Positions 1 through 9,425 of a stretch of 64,000 nucleotides of DNA are shown piece by piece. Both the position numbers and the translations under genes were made by a program. The DNA is taken from positions 17,895 through 81,894 of the forward strand of contig JBJKVQ010000018.1 of the NCBI GenBank assembly GCA_045562575.1, read 5' to 3'. The DNA is from Dehalococcoidia bacterium. Its GTDB lineage: Bacteria; Chloroflexota; Dehalococcoidia; Lucifugimonadales; UBA6952. Below the pieces are notes generated by a model. The model was not told the origin of the DNA. It searched no databases and worked only from the letters and a program-made list of their open reading frames with translations. Every line of letters begins with the position of its first letter. The first letter of the stretch is position 1.

Positions 1-103
1 TTAATAAAATATCTTGCATTTTTGATTGTTCTTGAGAAGTTATTCCTAAATATACACTAGTAATAATATTGTTTAACTCAATATAATCATTATTCAAAGG
101 CAT
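1..103 (-). CDS. Hypothetical protein, N-terminal fragment (gene runs off the window)
   Basis: The reverse-strand ATG at 101-103 opens a stop-free frame to position 1 (MPLNNDYIELNNIITSVYLGITSQEQSKMQDILL...). It starts 22 nt downstream of the CitE-like stop, so it may be operonic. No family recognised. Confidence 0.3.
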   Translation of the reverse strand, partial: MPLNNDYIELNNIITSVYLGITSQEQSKMQDILL

Positions 104-125
104 TGGTATATCTCACTAAATATAT

Positions 126-998
126 TTAAGATCGAGACATTTTGTTAGCTAGTTCGATGAGATTTCGCGCTCTTTTAACTACAGGGACATCAATCATTTT
201 ACCATCAAGCGAAGTTGCTCCTGAGCCTTTCTTTTCTGCTTCTTCAAATACTTCAATTACTTTTTTTGCGTATTCTATAGCTTCCTCAGACGGACTAAAT
301 AGATTATTAATACTTTCTAGCTGCCCAGGATGAATAGCGAATTTAGCTTTAAAACCTAAAGGTAGGACGCTCTTAATTTCATTTTCTAGACCATCATTAT
401 CTCTGAAATTTACATACGGAGTATCTATAGCTGTAATCCCTGCTGCTTTTGCTGCTACTGCAACCACTGAACGAGGGTAAAGTATTTCAATACCTGTATC
501 TGTTCTTTGTATACCCATATCATTTGTAAAATCTTCACCACCAAAAGCTATACCTAACATTCTGTCAGAAGCTGAAGCGATGGTATTAACATTAACTATT
601 GCAGATGCACTTTCGATCCATGCAATAATTTTTGTACTTCCAATTTCCACTGATTTTTCTGTTTCTACTTGGCTTAATATTTTACTTACTTCTGAAATAT
701 CCCAGCTACTTTCGATTTTACCTACACTAATTCCATATGTGTTAGAACTTACTACTGCACGTATATCGTCAAAAGTCAGACCTGTATCTAAAGCGTTTAC
801 TCGAGGGATTATGGATTGATTTTTTCCAGATAATATATTTAATTTCTCACTTATTAAACTACGAGCATTACTTTTTTCATTGTCAGGTACAGAATCTTCC
901 ATATCAGGTACGAGTATATCTGTATCTGCAGTACTTGCTTTTTCTAACATATCACTTCTATTACCAGGTACAAATAAAAGACTTCTGAATAATTCCAC
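126..998 (-). CDS. HpcH/HpaI aldolase / citrate lyase beta subunit (CitE)-like acyl-CoA lyase
   Basis: 290-aa ORF. The N-terminus RSLLFVPGNRSDMLEKA...DILVPDMEDSV is typical of the CitE/malyl-CoA lyase family. Confidence 0.85.
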   Translation of the reverse strand: MELFRSLLFVPGNRSDMLEKASTADTDILVPDMEDSVPDNEKSNARSLISEKLNILSGKNQSIIPRVNALDTGLTFDDIRAVVSSNTYGISVGKIESSWDISEVSKILSQVETEKSVEIGSTKIIAWIESASAIVNVNTIASASDRMLGIAFGGEDFTNDMGIQRTDTGIEILYPRSVVAVAAKAAGITAIDTPYVNFRDNDGLENEIKSVLPLGFKAKFAIHPGQLESINNLFSPSEEAIEYAKKVIEVFEEAEKKGSGATSLDGKMIDVPVVKRARNLIELANKMSRS

Positions 999-1147
999 TT
1001 TGATCTCCTAAATAATAAATATAATAAATTTACAAACTCAAATTAGGTTTTAGGATTATAACATATATATTAAAACTTAAATATAATTTGCATTCAATTA
1101 TAATGATATAATGATACGCCTCAACAGTATTTAGATTGGAGAATAAT

Positions 1148-1900
1148 ATGAAATCCATAAGTATTATTGGTATTGAAGGAATGCCTGATATAAATCCAGG
1201 TGATGATTTGCCACAATTAATTATAGATGCTTGTGAAAGAGAGAATATCATTCTAGAAGATGGTGATATCCTTGCTGTAACTCAAAAAGTAATATCTAAA
1301 TCAGAGTCTTGCTTAGTAGATTTAGATACTATAAATCCTTCAAATCTAGCAAAAAAATGGGCGCAACAATGGGAAAGGGATCCAAGGCTTATTGAATTAG
1401 TTTTTCAAAAAAGTAAAAGAATTTCCAAAATGGAAAGTGGAGTGTTACTTACAGAAACAGAACATGGTTTTTATTGTATTAATGCAGGCATTGATTTATC
1501 CAATGTAACTGGGGATAGTATGGCGACTTATTTACCAATAGATTCTGACAAGTCTGCGTATAATATTCGTACTTATGTAAATAAATCATTAGGGATAAAT
1601 ATAGCTGTAATTGTTACTGATACTTGGGGTAGACCTTGGAGAGTTGGTGTTACAAATGTAGCTATTGGAATATCAGGAATGTCACCTTTTCAAGATTACA
1701 GAGGATTACATGATCCTAATGGAATGGACCTGAAAGCCTCGATCATAGCTGTAGTTGATGAGATTGCAGCAGCTTCTGAGTTAGTGATGAATAAACTAGA
1801 TAATATTCCCATAGCCTTAGTTAAGGGTTATACATATATACCATGTGAAGGCTCTATAAATGAGTTAATTCGTCCTCCTGAGCAGGATTTATTTAGATAA
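1148..1900 (+). CDS. cofE: Coenzyme F420-0:L-glutamate ligase (CofE)
   Basis: CofE-like motifs ILAVTQKVISKSE, INAGIDLSN and TDTWGRPWRVGVTNVAIG. I prefer the ATG at 1148 (GGAG at 1138-1141) to the TTG at 1136, which lies inside that RBS. Confidence 0.85.
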   Translation: MKSISIIGIEGMPDINPGDDLPQLIIDACERENIILEDGDILAVTQKVISKSESCLVDLDTINPSNLAKKWAQQWERDPRLIELVFQKSKRISKMESGVLLTETEHGFYCINAGIDLSNVTGDSMATYLPIDSDKSAYNIRTYVNKSLGINIAVIVTDTWGRPWRVGVTNVAIGISGMSPFQDYRGLHDPNGMDLKASIIAVVDEIAAASELVMNKLDNIPIALVKGYTYIPCEGSINELIRPPEQDLFR

Positions 1901-1981
1901 TGGCAGAATTAGATGTTGTTCATGCTATACATTGGCTGTATATTTTAAGCATCTAAATATACATTCTTTTAGGAATTTATT

Positions 1982-3178
1982 ATGAGTAATAAAAAATACA
2001 ATAGTTTTTTTGCTAGTAACGTACCTCAAAATTCAGTGCTGACAGAGCCGCTTCCAAGGCCAAAATACGATTTTGCAGTCGCATTTCCTGACCCTGATCA
2101 TTTCCCAATGGGTGACTTACACGAATCTTTGGGTGAAGCTTTGAAAGATCAAGGACGAGATTTAGTTTTCTATCCACACCCACAAGGTCTCCTTGAATTT
2201 CGCGAATTAGTTTGTGAAAAAATAAAAGAGAATAGAGGTATTGATGTAGGTCCACAAAATGTGATCATCACTGCAGGCTCTGGTCAGTCCATAAACCTAA
2301 TCACTCAATTATTTATAAATCCAGGCGACACTATTGTTTCTGAGAAGTTTACATATACTGGGGCTTTGAGAGTTTTTGAAAGATTTGGTGCAAAAATGGC
2401 TGGTGTGGAAATGGACGATGAAGGAATGCTACCAGAATATTTGGAAAATAAATTAATTGAATTGAAAAACAATGGAATAAGTCCAAAATTTATATATACT
2501 ATTCCAACTTTTCAAAATCCCGTTGGAACAGATATGAGTTTTGAAAGAAAGAAGAAGATATTAGCTATATCACAAAAGTTTCAAATTCCCTTGTTTGAAG
2601 ATGATTGCTACGCAGATTTAAGGTTTGAAGGAGAAAACCATCCAGCTATAGCTTCTCTAAAAGGATCTGATAATGTTGTGTATTCAGGATCCTTTTCTAA
2701 AATATTAGCACCCGGGCTTAGGCTTGGTTGGATAGTAGCTCCAGATACATTTTTACCATACCTTATGGCTGTAAATCCTGGTACTCCACCTAGTCAATTT
2801 ACGATATTGTCAGCACTATATTTTTTGAAAAAAAATATGGAGGATCATATCGCAGGTCTATGTAATATGTTCCGAGGTAAACGGGATTGTATGCTAGGAG
2901 CTATCGGTGAGTTTATGGGTTCTGAAGTTGAAATAATCGCACCAAAAGGTGGGTTGTATTTATGGCTGAAATTTCCAGAGAATGTTGATTTGGAGCCTAT
3001 ATTGCCAATAGCTCGTGAAAAAGGAGTAATTTTTGGTTTAGGAAACACTTTTTCCACAGAAGGCAAAGCAAATAATTTTATACGTTTATGTTATGGATAT
3101 CACAATTTAGAAGATACTGTGTCTGGTATTGAATTGTTGGCAAATATTTTTAGAGAACAAGGTTTGCTAAAATCTTAA
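1982..3178 (+). CDS. PLP-dependent aminotransferase, class I/II (aminoadipate/aromatic aminotransferase-like)
   Basis: 398-aa ORF with the PLP-lysine motif SGSFSKILAPGLRLGW. Confidence 0.85.
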   Translation: MSNKKYNSFFASNVPQNSVLTEPLPRPKYDFAVAFPDPDHFPMGDLHESLGEALKDQGRDLVFYPHPQGLLEFRELVCEKIKENRGIDVGPQNVIITAGSGQSINLITQLFINPGDTIVSEKFTYTGALRVFERFGAKMAGVEMDDEGMLPEYLENKLIELKNNGISPKFIYTIPTFQNPVGTDMSFERKKKILAISQKFQIPLFEDDCYADLRFEGENHPAIASLKGSDNVVYSGSFSKILAPGLRLGWIVAPDTFLPYLMAVNPGTPPSQFTILSALYFLKKNMEDHIAGLCNMFRGKRDCMLGAIGEFMGSEVEIIAPKGGLYLWLKFPENVDLEPILPIAREKGVIFGLGNTFSTEGKANNFIRLCYGYHNLEDTVSGIELLANIFREQGLLKS

Positions 3179-3179
3179 T

Positions 3180-3208
3180 TTGAAATTTGGTTTCGAGTAT
3201 GTTAAAGT
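3180..3208 (+). promoter_or_regulatory. Candidate sigma70-type promoter for the 5S rRNA gene
   Basis: TTGAAA (3180-3185), a 17-nt spacer, then TAAAGT (3203-3208). The predicted start at about 3213-3217 coincides with the 5S 5' end. Confidence 0.45.
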
Positions 3209-3213
3209 GTGAT

Positions 3214-3331
3214 TTCTGGTGGTTTGAGCGGGACGGAACCACCCGTTACCATCCCGAACACGGAAGTGAAACATCCCAGCACTGACGATACTGTGCTCGC
3301 AAGGGTATGGGAAAATAGGTCACTGCCAGTT
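3214..3331 (+). rRNA. rrf: 5S ribosomal RNA (no 23S or 16S gene in the window)
   Basis: Matches conserved 5S blocks: CCCGAACACGGAAGTGAAAC (loop B/helix III region) and GGGAAAATAGGTCACTGCCAG at the 3' end. The helix I halves 3216-3223 and 3322-3329 pair. Ends are accurate to about +/-3 nt. Confidence 0.9.
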
Positions 3332-3339
3332 TAAAAATT

Positions 3340-3371
3340 AAGTTCTTGGTCAGCCAAGAACTTTTTTTTTT
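3340..3371 (+). terminator. Rho-independent terminator after the 5S rRNA
   Basis: Perfect 10-bp stem AAGTTCTTGG/CCAAGAACTT, loop TCAG, followed by a T-run through 3371. Confidence 0.85.
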
Positions 3372-3530
3372 GAAAATATGATAGTATGTAAATAGTTGTG
3401 ATGAACAGATTGGTTTTAATATAGATTTTAACTATTATTTTACATGGGCTTTACCATTAACAAAATCTTCATTATAATCTACAGAATTATTTTAACTTTA
3501 ATATAAAAATGTATGTAGGAGGAAGTCTAA

Positions 3531-4973
3531 TTGGCTTCAAAATTTGACACTTTAACAGATTTACTAGAAACCCCTATGGGGAAATTACTTACAGAGGTGG
3601 AATTTCCTAAGCCTTTGAGAAGAGGTGATGTATTAGAGGTTGAGATTGTGAAAATCGACCCAGAAGGCTTTTTGGTTGATTCTGGTCATAAATCTGATGC
3701 CTTGGTTCCACTACGCGAAACTCGAAGTATGACTAACGACGAGGTGTCTGAAATTAAAATTGGAGATAAGTTAGATGTTTATGTTGTTAGGCCAGATTCT
3801 GGTGATCAATTACCACTACTATCTTTTGATAGGGCTCGTGCAGAACATGGTTGGATAACTTTAAAAAAGGAGTCTGAGCTAGGAAATGTTGTTACGGGTG
3901 TAATAAAAAGTTTCAACAAAGGTGGTGCGGTCATAGAAGTTGAAGGAGTACAGGGATTTGTGCCTGTTTCTCAACTATTAACTCCATTTCAAATGGATAC
4001 TACTGATTCTTCTTCTTCAGGTACAAATAATGATGAATCTAGAATTGGACAGTCTATAAATATGAAAGTTATGACATTGGATCGAAACCAGAAGACTTTA
4101 ATTTTATCCGAACGACAGTCAATTCAAGAAAAACAAAAACTAGATTTAGATAAATTACTACAAGAAATGAAAGAAGGGGATATACGCGACGGTAAAGTTA
4201 CTGGTATATCTAATTTTGGTGCTTTTGTTGATTGTGGCGGAGTGACAGGACTTATTCATATTTCTGAAATGTCATGGGATCAAGTAGATTCTCCAGGGTC
4301 AATTTTAAAAGCTGGCCAAGATGTTAGAGTTTTTGTATTGAAGGTTGATCTTGAAACCAAAAAAGTAGCTTTTAGTTTGAGACGATTAGAAGCTGAACCA
4401 TGGTCTACCGTAGGAGATAAGTATGCTGTTGATCAAATTGTTAATGGTGTTGTCACCAAACTTGCTGACTATGGTGCATTTGTAAGAATAGATCGTTCAA
4501 TTTATGGATTGTTGCATATTTCAGAAATTACCGAGGAAACAATTCAGCATCCTAAAGAAATTTTATCTGAAAATCAAGAATTAGAATTAAAAATTATTAG
4601 TTTAGAGCCTGAGAAGAGACGGCTAGGTTTGAGTCTTAAGCAAATCAATCAAGAAAATAGCCGAAATATGGTTGAACCAAATGAAGATGTTCAAGATAAT
4701 AAAGGTAGTGATGAAATTCTTTCTTCCACTGAAGTAGAAAAAGAGGATGAGGCTGACAGCAACACTGATGAAGCTATTTCGTCTGATTTAACCGATGATT
4801 CAAATACTGAAGAATCTGTTGATGAAGATACTAGTGAAGTAGAAAAAGAGGATGAGGCTGATAGCAATACTGATGAAGCTATTTCGTCTGATTTAACCGA
4901 TGATTCAAATACTGAAGAATCTGTTGATGAAGATACTGGAGAAGAAACTGAAGAGAACAAAGATTCTATTTAG
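3531..4973 (+). CDS. rpsA: 30S ribosomal protein S1 (four S1 domains plus an acidic repeat tail)
   Basis: TTG start preceded by AGGAGG. Contains repeated S1-domain signatures (G.V..i...GafV...g..GllHiSE). Confidence 0.9.
   Translation: MASKFDTLTDLLETPMGKLLTEVEFPKPLRRGDVLEVEIVKIDPEGFLVDSGHKSDALVPLRETRSMTNDEVSEIKIGDKLDVYVVRPDSGDQLPLLSFDRARAEHGWITLKKESELGNVVTGVIKSFNKGGAVIEVEGVQGFVPVSQLLTPFQMDTTDSSSSGTNNDESRIGQSINMKVMTLDRNQKTLILSERQSIQEKQKLDLDKLLQEMKEGDIRDGKVTGISNFGAFVDCGGVTGLIHISEMSWDQVDSPGSILKAGQDVRVFVLKVDLETKKVAFSLRRLEAEPWSTVGDKYAVDQIVNGVVTKLADYGAFVRIDRSIYGLLHISEITEETIQHPKEILSENQELELKIISLEPEKRRLGLSLKQINQENSRNMVEPNEDVQDNKGSDEILSSTEVEKEDEADSNTDEAISSDLTDDSNTEESVDEDTSEVEKEDEADSNTDEAISSDLTDDSNTEESVDEDTGEETEENKDSI
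4731..4940 (+). repeat. In-frame tandem duplication, 2 x 105 bp, within the rpsA 3' end
   Basis: The copies at 4731-4835 and 4836-4940 are identical except GAC AGC AAC ACT vs GAT AGC AAT ACT (synonymous) and the last codon AGT vs GGA. Each encodes EVEKEDEADSNTDEAISSDLTDDSNTEESVDEDT(S/G). Confidence 0.95.
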
Positions 4974-4999
4974 TATTTTTAGTAGTTAGGACTAATATT

Positions 5000-7489
5000 A
5001 TGTCGAGTAGATTTGAAAAGTTTTCAGAAAAAGCAAGAAAAGTTTTATCTTTAGCTCAAGAAGAAGCACAACGTTTTAATCATAATTACATTGGTACTGA
5101 ACATATATTACTTGGATTAGTTAAAGAATCTGATGGGGCAGCAGCAAGAATATTAGTAAGTTTGTCCCTTGAGCTTAATAAAGTTCGCTCCGCGGTTGAA
5201 TTTATCATAGGAAGGGGAGAACGAAGACCAACTCCTGGTGAAATTGGATTAACCCCAAGAGCAAAAAAAGTTATTGAATTAGCTGTTGATGAAGCTCGTA
5301 GACTTAATCAACAATTTATTGGTACAGAACATTTATTGATTGGTATCATGAGGGAGGGCGAAGGCGTAGCTTCAGGAGTATTAGAAAGTTTAGGCTTGAA
5401 TTTAGATAAGATAAGATCAGAAGCTACAAGAATTAGTTCTCAAACTGGATATACACCTAGTTCAAGTTCATCGAAGACTGTAAGTAAAACACCTACTCTT
5501 GATCAGCTTGGAATAGATTTAACTAAATTGGCACGCGATGGGAAATTAGATCCTGTTGTTGGACGAAGTCAAGAAATTGATAGAGTTATACAAATACTCA
5601 GCAGAAGAACAAAGAATAACCCAGTACTTATTGGTGAACCTGGTGTTGGTAAAACTGCAATTGTTGAAGCTTTAGCTCAAAAAATATTATCTGATGATGT
5701 ACCTCAAGGTTTATCGAACAAGCGATTAGTTGCACTAGATATGGGGATTTTAGTTGCTGGTACTAAGTATCGTGGTGAGTTTGAGGAAAGATTAAAAAAA
5801 GTAATTGAAGAATTAAAATCATCTGGAAATTGTATTTTGTTTATTGATGAAATGCATACTATGGTGGGTGCAGGTGCTGCAGAAGGTGCCGTCGATGCTG
5901 CAAATATTCTTAAACCATCTTTAGCCAGAGGTGAGTTACAATGCATTGGCGCAACGACTGTTGATGATTATCGGAAATATGTCGAAAGAGACCCTGCTCT
6001 AGAGAGACGGTTTCAAACAGTTCAAGTATTAGAGCCTTCAGAAGAAGAATCTGTTCAAATCTTACAAGGTATTAAGCCTAAGTATGAAGAACATCATGGC
6101 TTAATTATTTCAAATGAGGCAATTACTACTGCTGTTGAACTTGCATCTCGATACATATCTGATAGATTTATGCCTGATAAAGCAATAGATTTAATTGATG
6201 AGGCTGCTAGTAAGGTAAAAATTAAACAAACAAGCATGCCTCTTTCAGCTAAAGAAGTAGGAAGTGTATTAGATAAAGTAAGAAGAGATAAAGATGAGGC
6301 TTTAGCACAACAACAATATGAGTATGCTGCAGAACTTCATGAAAGAGAGCAATCCTTAAGAGATAAAATCGATAATTTCCCTACAGAGATGCCAGATAGT
6401 AATGATGTGTTTGCTGATGAGCAAAACGACTTACCCGTCGTAACATCTGAAGATGTAGCTGAAGTTACAAGCATGTGGACAGGTATACCAGTCACTAGGC
6501 TAGCTACTGAAGAATTAGATAAACTCTTACAGATGGAAACAGTTATACATGATAAGGTTATTGGTCAAGATGAAGCTGTAGAACAGGTTTCTAAAGCTGT
6601 TAGGCGAGCAAGAGCTGGGTTTAAAGATCCTAAAAGACCGATCGGCAATTTTCTCTTTTTAGGTCCTACGGGCGTAGGTAAAACATATTTAGTTAAAGCA
6701 CTTTCTGAATTTATGTTCGGAAGTGAGGATAGTGTATTACGTCTTGATATGTCTGAATTTATGGAACGACATGCTGTATCACGCTTGGTCGGTGCACCTC
6801 CTGGATATGTAGGATATGAAGAGGGTGGGCAATTAACTGAAATAGTTAGACGTAAGAGTTATTCAGCTATTTTATTAGATGAAATTGAAAAAGCTCATCC
6901 AGATGTATTCAATATTTTACTTCAAATTTTTGATGACGGACATTTAACTGATGCTAAAGGACGTAAAGTAGACTTTAGAAATACAATTATTGTAATGACG
7001 AGTAATATAGGTTCTGATTTAATACGCCAAGAAAGATTTATGGGTTTTAACTTAAAATCAGAAGAAGGAAATACTGTAGATCAGAAGTATACCCGAATGA
7101 AAGATAAAGTTCTGGATGAAGTAAAGACTTTCTTTAGGCCTGAATTCTTGAACCGATTGGATGGAACTGTAGTATTTCACCCATTATCTAAAGACCACAT
7201 AATCAATATTGTAGAATTAATGTTGTCTGAAGTATCTCAGCAGTTATTGAATAAGGGGATTTCCATAGAATTTTCTAGTTCAGCTAAAGAATTATTAGCA
7301 GATAAAGGTTTTGATCCGATTTTTGGAGCAAGACCATTAAGGCGGGAAATACAAGATCGTATTGAAGACAAACTATCTGAAGACTTTCTGTCTGGAAAGT
7401 TTGGCCCTGGAGATACAATAAAAGCTGATGTCAAAGATGATGATATCGTTTTAAACGTTGTAAACTCTGTTGCTAAAATTGAAACATAG
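5000..7489 (+). CDS. clpC: ATP-dependent Clp protease ATP-binding subunit ClpC
   Basis: 829 aa with a double Clp_N repeat ([15 protein letters not shown] / [14 protein letters not shown]) and two Walker A motifs ([16 protein letters not shown]). Confidence 0.92.
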   Translation: MSSRFEKFSEKARKVLSLAQEEAQRFNHNYIGTEHILLGLVKESDGAAARILVSLSLELNKVRSAVEFIIGRGERRPTPGEIGLTPRAKKVIELAVDEARRLNQQFIGTEHLLIGIMREGEGVASGVLESLGLNLDKIRSEATRISSQTGYTPSSSSSKTVSKTPTLDQLGIDLTKLARDGKLDPVVGRSQEIDRVIQILSRRTKNNPVLIGEPGVGKTAIVEALAQKILSDDVPQGLSNKRLVALDMGILVAGTKYRGEFEERLKKVIEELKSSGNCILFIDEMHTMVGAGAAEGAVDAANILKPSLARGELQCIGATTVDDYRKYVERDPALERRFQTVQVLEPSEEESVQILQGIKPKYEEHHGLIISNEAITTAVELASRYISDRFMPDKAIDLIDEAASKVKIKQTSMPLSAKEVGSVLDKVRRDKDEALAQQQYEYAAELHEREQSLRDKIDNFPTEMPDSNDVFADEQNDLPVVTSEDVAEVTSMWTGIPVTRLATEELDKLLQMETVIHDKVIGQDEAVEQVSKAVRRARAGFKDPKRPIGNFLFLGPTGVGKTYLVKALSEFMFGSEDSVLRLDMSEFMERHAVSRLVGAPPGYVGYEEGGQLTEIVRRKSYSAILLDEIEKAHPDVFNILLQIFDDGHLTDAKGRKVDFRNTIIVMTSNIGSDLIRQERFMGFNLKSEEGNTVDQKYTRMKDKVLDEVKTFFRPEFLNRLDGTVVFHPLSKDHIINIVELMLSEVSQQLLNKGISIEFSSSAKELLADKGFDPIFGARPLRREIQDRIEDKLSEDFLSGKFGPGDTIKADVKDDDIVLNVVNSVAKIET

Positions 7490-7528
7490 TTATTATTCCC
7501 TCAAATAGTTTAATACCAGCTGAATGTT

Positions 7529-8908
7529 ATGGTTCCAAGAAAGTCACAAAGAACAGAATATAAATGTGAAAACTGTGATGCGACTTTTCCAAAATGGCAA
7601 GGAGAGTGCTATCATTGTGGTACTTGGAATTCTTTAGTAGAGCGGATTGTAAGTACCTCTCGAAACACATCAAAACAGCGTTGGGTAAGAGATGACATAG
7701 AACAGGCTCAGTTGTTGTCTACAATAGAATTCGATGATGCCAAAAGTAGAATTGCCACTGGTTTTGAAGAATTAGATCAAATTCTAGGTGGTGGTATAGT
7801 AGATGGATCTAGCATCCTTCTTTTTGGGGATCCAGGCATAGGAAAATCCACCTTGCTTTTACAGATAGCATCGTTTGTTTCTAGTAATAATAAACCAGTA
7901 TTGTATGTTTCAGGAGAGGAATCTTCCCATCAAATAAGATCTCGTTCTGAACGTCTCAAATCATCTAATGATTCATTGTATTATATTGGATCTACAAATA
8001 TAACGACGATTATAGAAAATATTGAAAAAGTCGAACCTGCATTAGTAGTTATAGATTCTATTCAAACAATGTTTACTAATGAAATTGATTCACCAATAGG
8101 AACTGTTGGACAAGTAAGAGAAACTGCACGACAATTGATTATTTTCTGTAAGAATAAAAAAATCCCTGTTTTTTTAACAGGCCATGTAACTAAAGAAGGT
8201 TCTGTTGCAGGTCCAAGAGTATTAGAACATATGGTAGATGTAGTTTTACATTTCGAAGGGAATTCGGATAATGGGTATAGGATCATAAGAGGTATAAAAA
8301 ATCGATTTGGTTCTACCAACGAAATCGGAATATTTGAAATGATGGAGAGCGGAATTCGCCAAGTAGATAACCCTTCATCTTTCTTTATTCATGATTACAA
8401 TAGTGAATTACCTGGATCCGTTCCTGTTGTTACTATGGAAGGGACAAGACCAATAATAATTGAAATTCAAGCATTAACATCCTTTAGTGTTTTTCCACAA
8501 CCGCGACGAACCGCTACAGGTATTGATTTCAACAGAATGATTTTATTATCTACTGTCTTAAGTCGGCGAGCAGGATTGAGGCTTTCAGATCAAGATCTTA
8601 TCGTTAATGTAATAGGTGGAATTAAAGTTACAGAACCAGCTGCAGATTTAGGGATTGCATTAGCTATTGTATCAAGTTTTAAAGATATATCTGCAAAAGA
8701 GTCCACAATAGTTATTGGTGAGATAGGCCTGAGTGGAGAACTTCGACGTATTCAAAATATCACTAAGCGAATAGAAGAAGCGCAAAAGATGGGGTTTACT
8801 AAAATTATAATTCCTAATCTACAATCTAAAGAAATTCAAGATCATAAAATAAAAGTTATTGGTGTTAGTAATCTCAAAGAAGCAATTAATAGTTATTTTT
8901 CTCGCTAA
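7529..8908 (+). CDS. radA: DNA repair protein RadA (Sms)
   Basis: N-terminal C4 zinc finger (CENCDA...CYHCGTWNS), Walker A GDPGIGKST, KNRFG motif and a Lon-like C-terminal domain. Confidence 0.92.
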   Translation: MVPRKSQRTEYKCENCDATFPKWQGECYHCGTWNSLVERIVSTSRNTSKQRWVRDDIEQAQLLSTIEFDDAKSRIATGFEELDQILGGGIVDGSSILLFGDPGIGKSTLLLQIASFVSSNNKPVLYVSGEESSHQIRSRSERLKSSNDSLYYIGSTNITTIIENIEKVEPALVVIDSIQTMFTNEIDSPIGTVGQVRETARQLIIFCKNKKIPVFLTGHVTKEGSVAGPRVLEHMVDVVLHFEGNSDNGYRIIRGIKNRFGSTNEIGIFEMMESGIRQVDNPSSFFIHDYNSELPGSVPVVTMEGTRPIIIEIQALTSFSVFPQPRRTATGIDFNRMILLSTVLSRRAGLRLSDQDLIVNVIGGIKVTEPAADLGIALAIVSSFKDISAKESTIVIGEIGLSGELRRIQNITKRIEEAQKMGFTKIIIPNLQSKEIQDHKIKVIGVSNLKEAINSYFSR

Positions 8909-8934
8909 GAATTAAACTATATTTTTATAGCATC

Positions 8935-8963
8935 TTGACCGAAATTAATACTAAGTCTATACT
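8935..8963 (+). promoter_or_regulatory. Candidate promoter for the tRNA-tuf transcription unit
   Basis: TTGACC (8935-8940), a 17-nt spacer, then TATACT (8958-8963). Confidence 0.45.
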
Positions 8964-9051
8964 TATTCAGGGTAAAGCTAGATGATTCCTTATTTCATAT
9001 TATCATCTTAGCTTATTTCTCGTTTGTAAAAAAAAGGGAAATCGGAGTTTT

Positions 9052-9127
9052 GCCCGAGTGGCGCAATGGCAGCGCAGCCGATTTGTAATCGGCAGGTTAG
9101 TGGGTTCGAGTCCCCTCTCGGGCTCCA
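9052..9127 (+). tRNA. tRNA-Thr (anticodon UGU)
   Basis: Acceptor stem GCCCGAG/CTCGGGC, anticodon stem GCCGA/TCGGC with loop TTTGTAA, T-loop TTCGAGT and an encoded CCA. There is one mismatch in the T-stem. Confidence 0.85.
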
Positions 9128-9193
9128 CATAGTGAATTGATGATGTGCCTTAGTGAGATTGTAGGTAATAATAGGATGGACCTAATTTAACAG

Positions 9194-9281
9194 GGACGGG
9201 TGGGTGAGTGGTTAATACCACCAGACTGTAAATCTGGCGCCCGGAAGGGCTACGCAGGTTCGAATCCTGCCCCGTCCACCA
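9194..9281 (+). tRNA. tRNA-Tyr (anticodon GUA), long variable arm
   Basis: Acceptor stem GGACGGG/CCCGTCC, anticodon arm CCAGA-CTGTAAA-TCTGG, long variable arm, T-loop TTCGAAT and an encoded CCA. Confidence 0.9.
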
Positions 9282-9299
9282 TAAAGTGGAAAAGGGGTT

Positions 9300-9374
9300 G
9301 CCCACATAGCTCAGTGGTAGAGCACGTTCTTGGTAAGAACGAGGTCATCGGTTCAAGTCCGATTGTGGGCTCCA
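9300..9374 (+). tRNA. tRNA-Thr (anticodon GGU)
   Basis: Acceptor stem GCCCACA/TGTGGGC, D-arm AGCTCAGTGGTAGAGC, anticodon arm CGTTC-TTGGTAA-GAACG, T-loop TTCAAGT and an encoded CCA. Confidence 0.9.
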
Positions 9375-9425
9375 TATAATAAAATAGAAAATGTTTATTT
9401 AGAAATAATGTAGGAGGATTTTAGA

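Noticed and set aside
142-333. Many 60-100-aa ORFs in the six-frame track lie antisense to, or overlap, long well-supported genes. Examples are 142-333, 580-819, 2013-2255, 2845-3066, 4691-4960, 5704-5946, 8062-8319, 9531-9785, 10270-10455, 11862-12146, 13518-13718, 14764-15066, 15489-15773, 19487-19738, 20069-20338, 33870-34076, 37718-38073, 41886-42131, 47118-47321, 53595-53904, 54651-54872, 55062-55373, 59439-60431, 61353-61592, 62182-62403 and 63352-63552.
   Set aside because: Each is fully embedded in a longer ORF with clear family signatures on the other strand or frame. They have low-complexity compositions (Ser/Leu/Ile-rich) typical of shadow ORFs in AT-rich DNA and have no RBS.
1136-1147. 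Upstream alternative starts given by the ORF track for cofE (TTG 1136), the oxidoreductase (TTG 16495), the AKR (28861), lrp (50011) and ilvE (56204).
   Set aside because: In each case a downstream ATG has a properly spaced GGAG-type RBS and reproduces the canonical family N-terminus. The upstream codon often lies inside that RBS.
1030-1251. 73-aa minus-strand ORF spanning the citE-like/cofE divergent intergenic region and the cofE start.
   Set aside because: It overlaps the cofE 5' end antisense, has no RBS and an Ile/Leu-rich composition. The region is better explained as a divergent promoter zone.
4691-4960. The repeated sequence near the S1 3' end, considered as a CRISPR-like or minisatellite array.
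   Set aside because: There are only two directly abutting 105-bp copies with no spacers, in frame within rpsA. This is a coding tandem duplication, not a CRISPR array. I found no CRISPR repeats or cas genes anywhere in the window.
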